Shown here in pieces: positions 61,804 to 64,000 of a stretch of 64,000 nt of DNA. The DNA is from Octopus sinensis. Taxonomy: Eukaryota. The notes under the pieces are model-generated. The model had not been told where the DNA came from, did not search any database, and worked only from the letters and a program-made list of their open reading frames with translations. Each line of letters begins with the position of its first letter. The first letter of the stretch is position 1. The translations under genes and the position numbers were made by a program. The stretch is from positions 40,114,001 to 40,178,000 of the forward strand of contig NC_043001.1 in NCBI RefSeq assembly GCF_006345805.1. Direction: 5' to 3'.

Positions 61804-61834
61804 GAGATAGGTAGATAGATAGATAGATAGATAG
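61742..61834 (+). repeat. (GATA)n tetranucleotide microsatellite, preceded by (TA)n at about 61661-61698
   Basis: Direct reading of tagataga/gatagata runs with a few ggta variants. Confidence 0.97.
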
Positions 61835-62149
61835 AGGGACTAATGCAGTTTCGCACCTCTCCTTGAAAAATGCATTTTTTTGAAAAGAAATTTTCGGATT
61901 CCTATGTTTTAGATGTCGGAGATTACAAACATGCAAAAAAGAATTAAATTTAACCCCTCCCCACAATTTAAATTTTTGCTCTAAAGAGATCGTGGCAGCT
62001 GATTATCCTAGAAAACAAGTTCCAGGAATGCTTCCATTAATGGAAACAGCACTGGATTAAGTGTGTGGCTTCCGAATGGAACTACTTAGAAGGAGATTAA
62101 ATACCAAATTGGTACATATTGTAGTTTTGTTTTTATGTCACAGGTCCAG

Positions 62150-62243
62150 ATACTTATTGATCAGACCTCATAATCCTGTCCCTAATTAGTTTTGCAAAAA
62201 CCCTTTCTATAACTTCTAAAACCTGGCCTAACACTTTGATACC
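62150..62243 (-). mobile_element. RTE-type LINE RT fragment interrupted by the LTR
   Basis: GIKVLGQVLEVIERVFAKLIRDRIM resembles the RTE GIKLL...K..ERV motif; truncated exactly at the LTR edge. Confidence 0.55.
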
Positions 62244-62531
62244 TGTGGTGTTAGTGGTGTTATGGGCTGTGATGGAGCTATGTGGTGTTGGTGGAGAGGA
62301 TTGCAGATGAGGTGGACGGAAGTAGGGACTGCAGCGGTCACTCTCATGAATTGAACATGTCTTGTCTCGCTGCCGTCTCTGCTCGAACTGACCACATATG
62401 CTTCCTGCCCATGCATGCTCTGTGCCTGTGTCACAGGCCCCTGCAGGCCCTACTTCTGTCCACCTCATCTGCAATCCCCTCCACCAACACTACATAGCTC
62501 CATCACAGCCCATAACAGTACTAACACCACA
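62244..62531 (-). mobile_element. 3' LTR (288 bp, TG...CA) of an LTR retrotransposon, with about 84-91-bp terminal inverted arms
   Basis: Begins tgtggtg and ends caccaca. On the minus strand it is immediately preceded by a polypurine tract (agggggggg-cg, 62532-62543) and, about 70 nt upstream, by the stop codon of an integrase tail. Confidence 0.75.
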
Positions 62532-62599
62532 CGCCCCCCCCTGATCTACAGATCACTCAACTGACTTTCCCACTAACTCCTCGCTCCCAAACTCACACC

Positions 62600-62745
62600 T
62601 TAACTGGTTTCATAATCAGCCAACCAGGGAGGAGGGTACCGCTCCCTCTGTGGTCGCCATGCAACCCCAGGACTGGCCTGAGTTCCTGGCATGTTGCGGC
62701 TGGCTTCATCATCTTGTCTACTGATGCTGTCTTCATCTTCTTGCC
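62600..62745 (-). pseudogene. Integrase C-terminal tail of the LTR element (minus strand)
   Basis: Frame not in the ORF track: QEDEDSISRQDDEASRNMPGTQASPGVAWRPQRERYPPPWLADYETS*; the RPQRERxPPxWLxDY motif is typical of the end of Ty3/Gypsy-like pol. Confidence 0.75.
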
Positions 62746-64000
62746 TACTGTTGTCCGGTTGGGATTTGGGCTGAATTCAGCACCAAAGATTATGGCAACA
62801 ATTCTAAAGGCCATCCTGGGAAAGGTGGACAGAGTAAAAAAGGCCACGATTTCGTACATTGATGACATTCTGGTGGATGAAACCGTAATGCCAGCAATGG
62901 AGGTCATAGGCCACCTAAAGAGTTTTGGACTGACAGCAAAGCCACCAGAGGCAATGGAGGGAGTTGCTGCACTTGGGCCTCAAGCTATGGAGAGACAAGG
63001 CTGGCGCGTTGGTGTTCCGGTGAGGGAACAAGATCCCCGAACTGGGCGCCAGCATGAGTAGACGGGAACTATTCTCAGTGTGTGGGAAGCTGGTGGGACA
63101 CTACCCAATTGCAGGATGGCTCCGGACAGCATGTAGCTTCATCAAGAGACAAGCCGAAGGAGTGAAGTGGAACGATAGAGTGGGGGAGAAGACAACCGAC
63201 ATGATACAGGAAGTCTTGGTCAGAGTAAAAGCAGAGGATCCTGCGAGGGGCAGTTGGTATGTTCCCAAATCAAAGAGCAGGATTGTATGGTGTGACGCCA
63301 GTAGCATCATAATAGGGGTTGTCTTGGAAGTTGGAGGTGTCATGGTGGAAGATGCAACCTGGCTCAGGAAGATAGATGACTGCAATCATATCAATGTGGC
63401 GGAGTTGGATGCCGTGTTGAAGGGAGTGAACCTAGCCTTAAAGTGGGGGTTGCACATCATAGAAATCAGGACTGATTCAGCCACTGTACTTTGCTGGGTG
63501 ACAGCAGTCATCACCAATGAGCAGAGGGTGTGAACCAAAGGGGGCCGCAGAGATGCTGGTAAAGCATCGATTGGGGATACTGCGTGAACAAACCACTGAG
63601 TTCAATCTGAAGCTGAGTGTGATCTTTGTGCCTTCTGAGAAGAACAGGGCAGACATCCTGACCAGGGTAAAGCGAGCCTGATTGCAGGTGCCAGAGGATG
63701 CGGAGCAGGCTGTGGCTGCAGTATGCCGTCTGAGTGACTCGGAGTTGAGGAGATTGCATACCATGCATCACATGGGGGTGGACAGGACGTTGTTCCTAGC
63801 CAGGAAAGTTGACTCTGACATAACAAGACAGAGCGTGCAGAGAGTGGTTAGCAGCTGTGACAGGTGCCAGTCCATCGACCCTGCTCCGGGCGTACATGAG
63901 GTGGGAAGTATTCCAGTGGACCATGACTGGAAACGACTGGCGGTGGACATAACACACTACCGGCAGGGGACATACCTCTCAATGGTTGACTGCGGACCAG
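62746..64000 (+). mobile_element. pol of LTR retrotransposon (RT from mid-domain, RNase H, integrase), decayed, runs off the window
   Basis: RT RLGFGLNSAP...SYIDDILV; RNase H WCDASS...HINVAELDAV...RTDSATV...NRADILTR; integrase LHTMHHMGVDRT...CDRC, then LAVDITH...MVDCGP. Internal TGA stops (some at positions consistent with CGA>TGA) and a frameshift near 62980. Confidence 0.92.

Noticed and set aside
62593-62907. Listed minus-strand 104-aa ORF as a gene
   Set aside because: It straddles the inversion breakpoint: antisense RT plus an off-frame reading of the integrase tail.

Overview
AT-rich eukaryotic genomic DNA, densely packed with SINE/LINE/DNA-transposon remnants and microsatellites; the repeat families look like those of Octopus/coleoid cephalopods (inference, not verified). 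One protein-coding gene is well supported: a minus-strand nucleobindin (NUCB1/NUCB2 co-orthologue). I assembled it by hand from 10 coding exons (44263 to 7345), all with GT-AG boundaries and consistent phases. The product is about 489 aa: signal peptide, nesfatin-1-like segment ending at a conserved KR site, two EF-hands, acidic/coiled region and a polyQ tail with PV(G/V) repeats. A candidate 5'UTR exon and CCAAT promoter lie near 61.3-61.4 kb. The introns hold two full-length decayed mariner elements with TIRs and TA TSDs, a piggyBac-type MITE, hAT, mariner and Helitron-like fragments, RTE/RTE-X/CR1-like LINE pieces, many tRNA-derived SINEs, a 26/48-bp minisatellite and a degenerate hammerhead-ribozyme motif. 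The right end (62.2-64 kb) is an LTR retrotransposon with three oddities: a nearly palindromic LTR (about 90-bp inverted arms), an internal inversion, and an RNase H with a DIRS-like HINxAEL motif linked to an HHCC/DDE integrase. No CRISPR array, rRNA or bona fide tRNA gene was seen. Coordinates were counted by eye; boundaries of decayed repeats are approximate.
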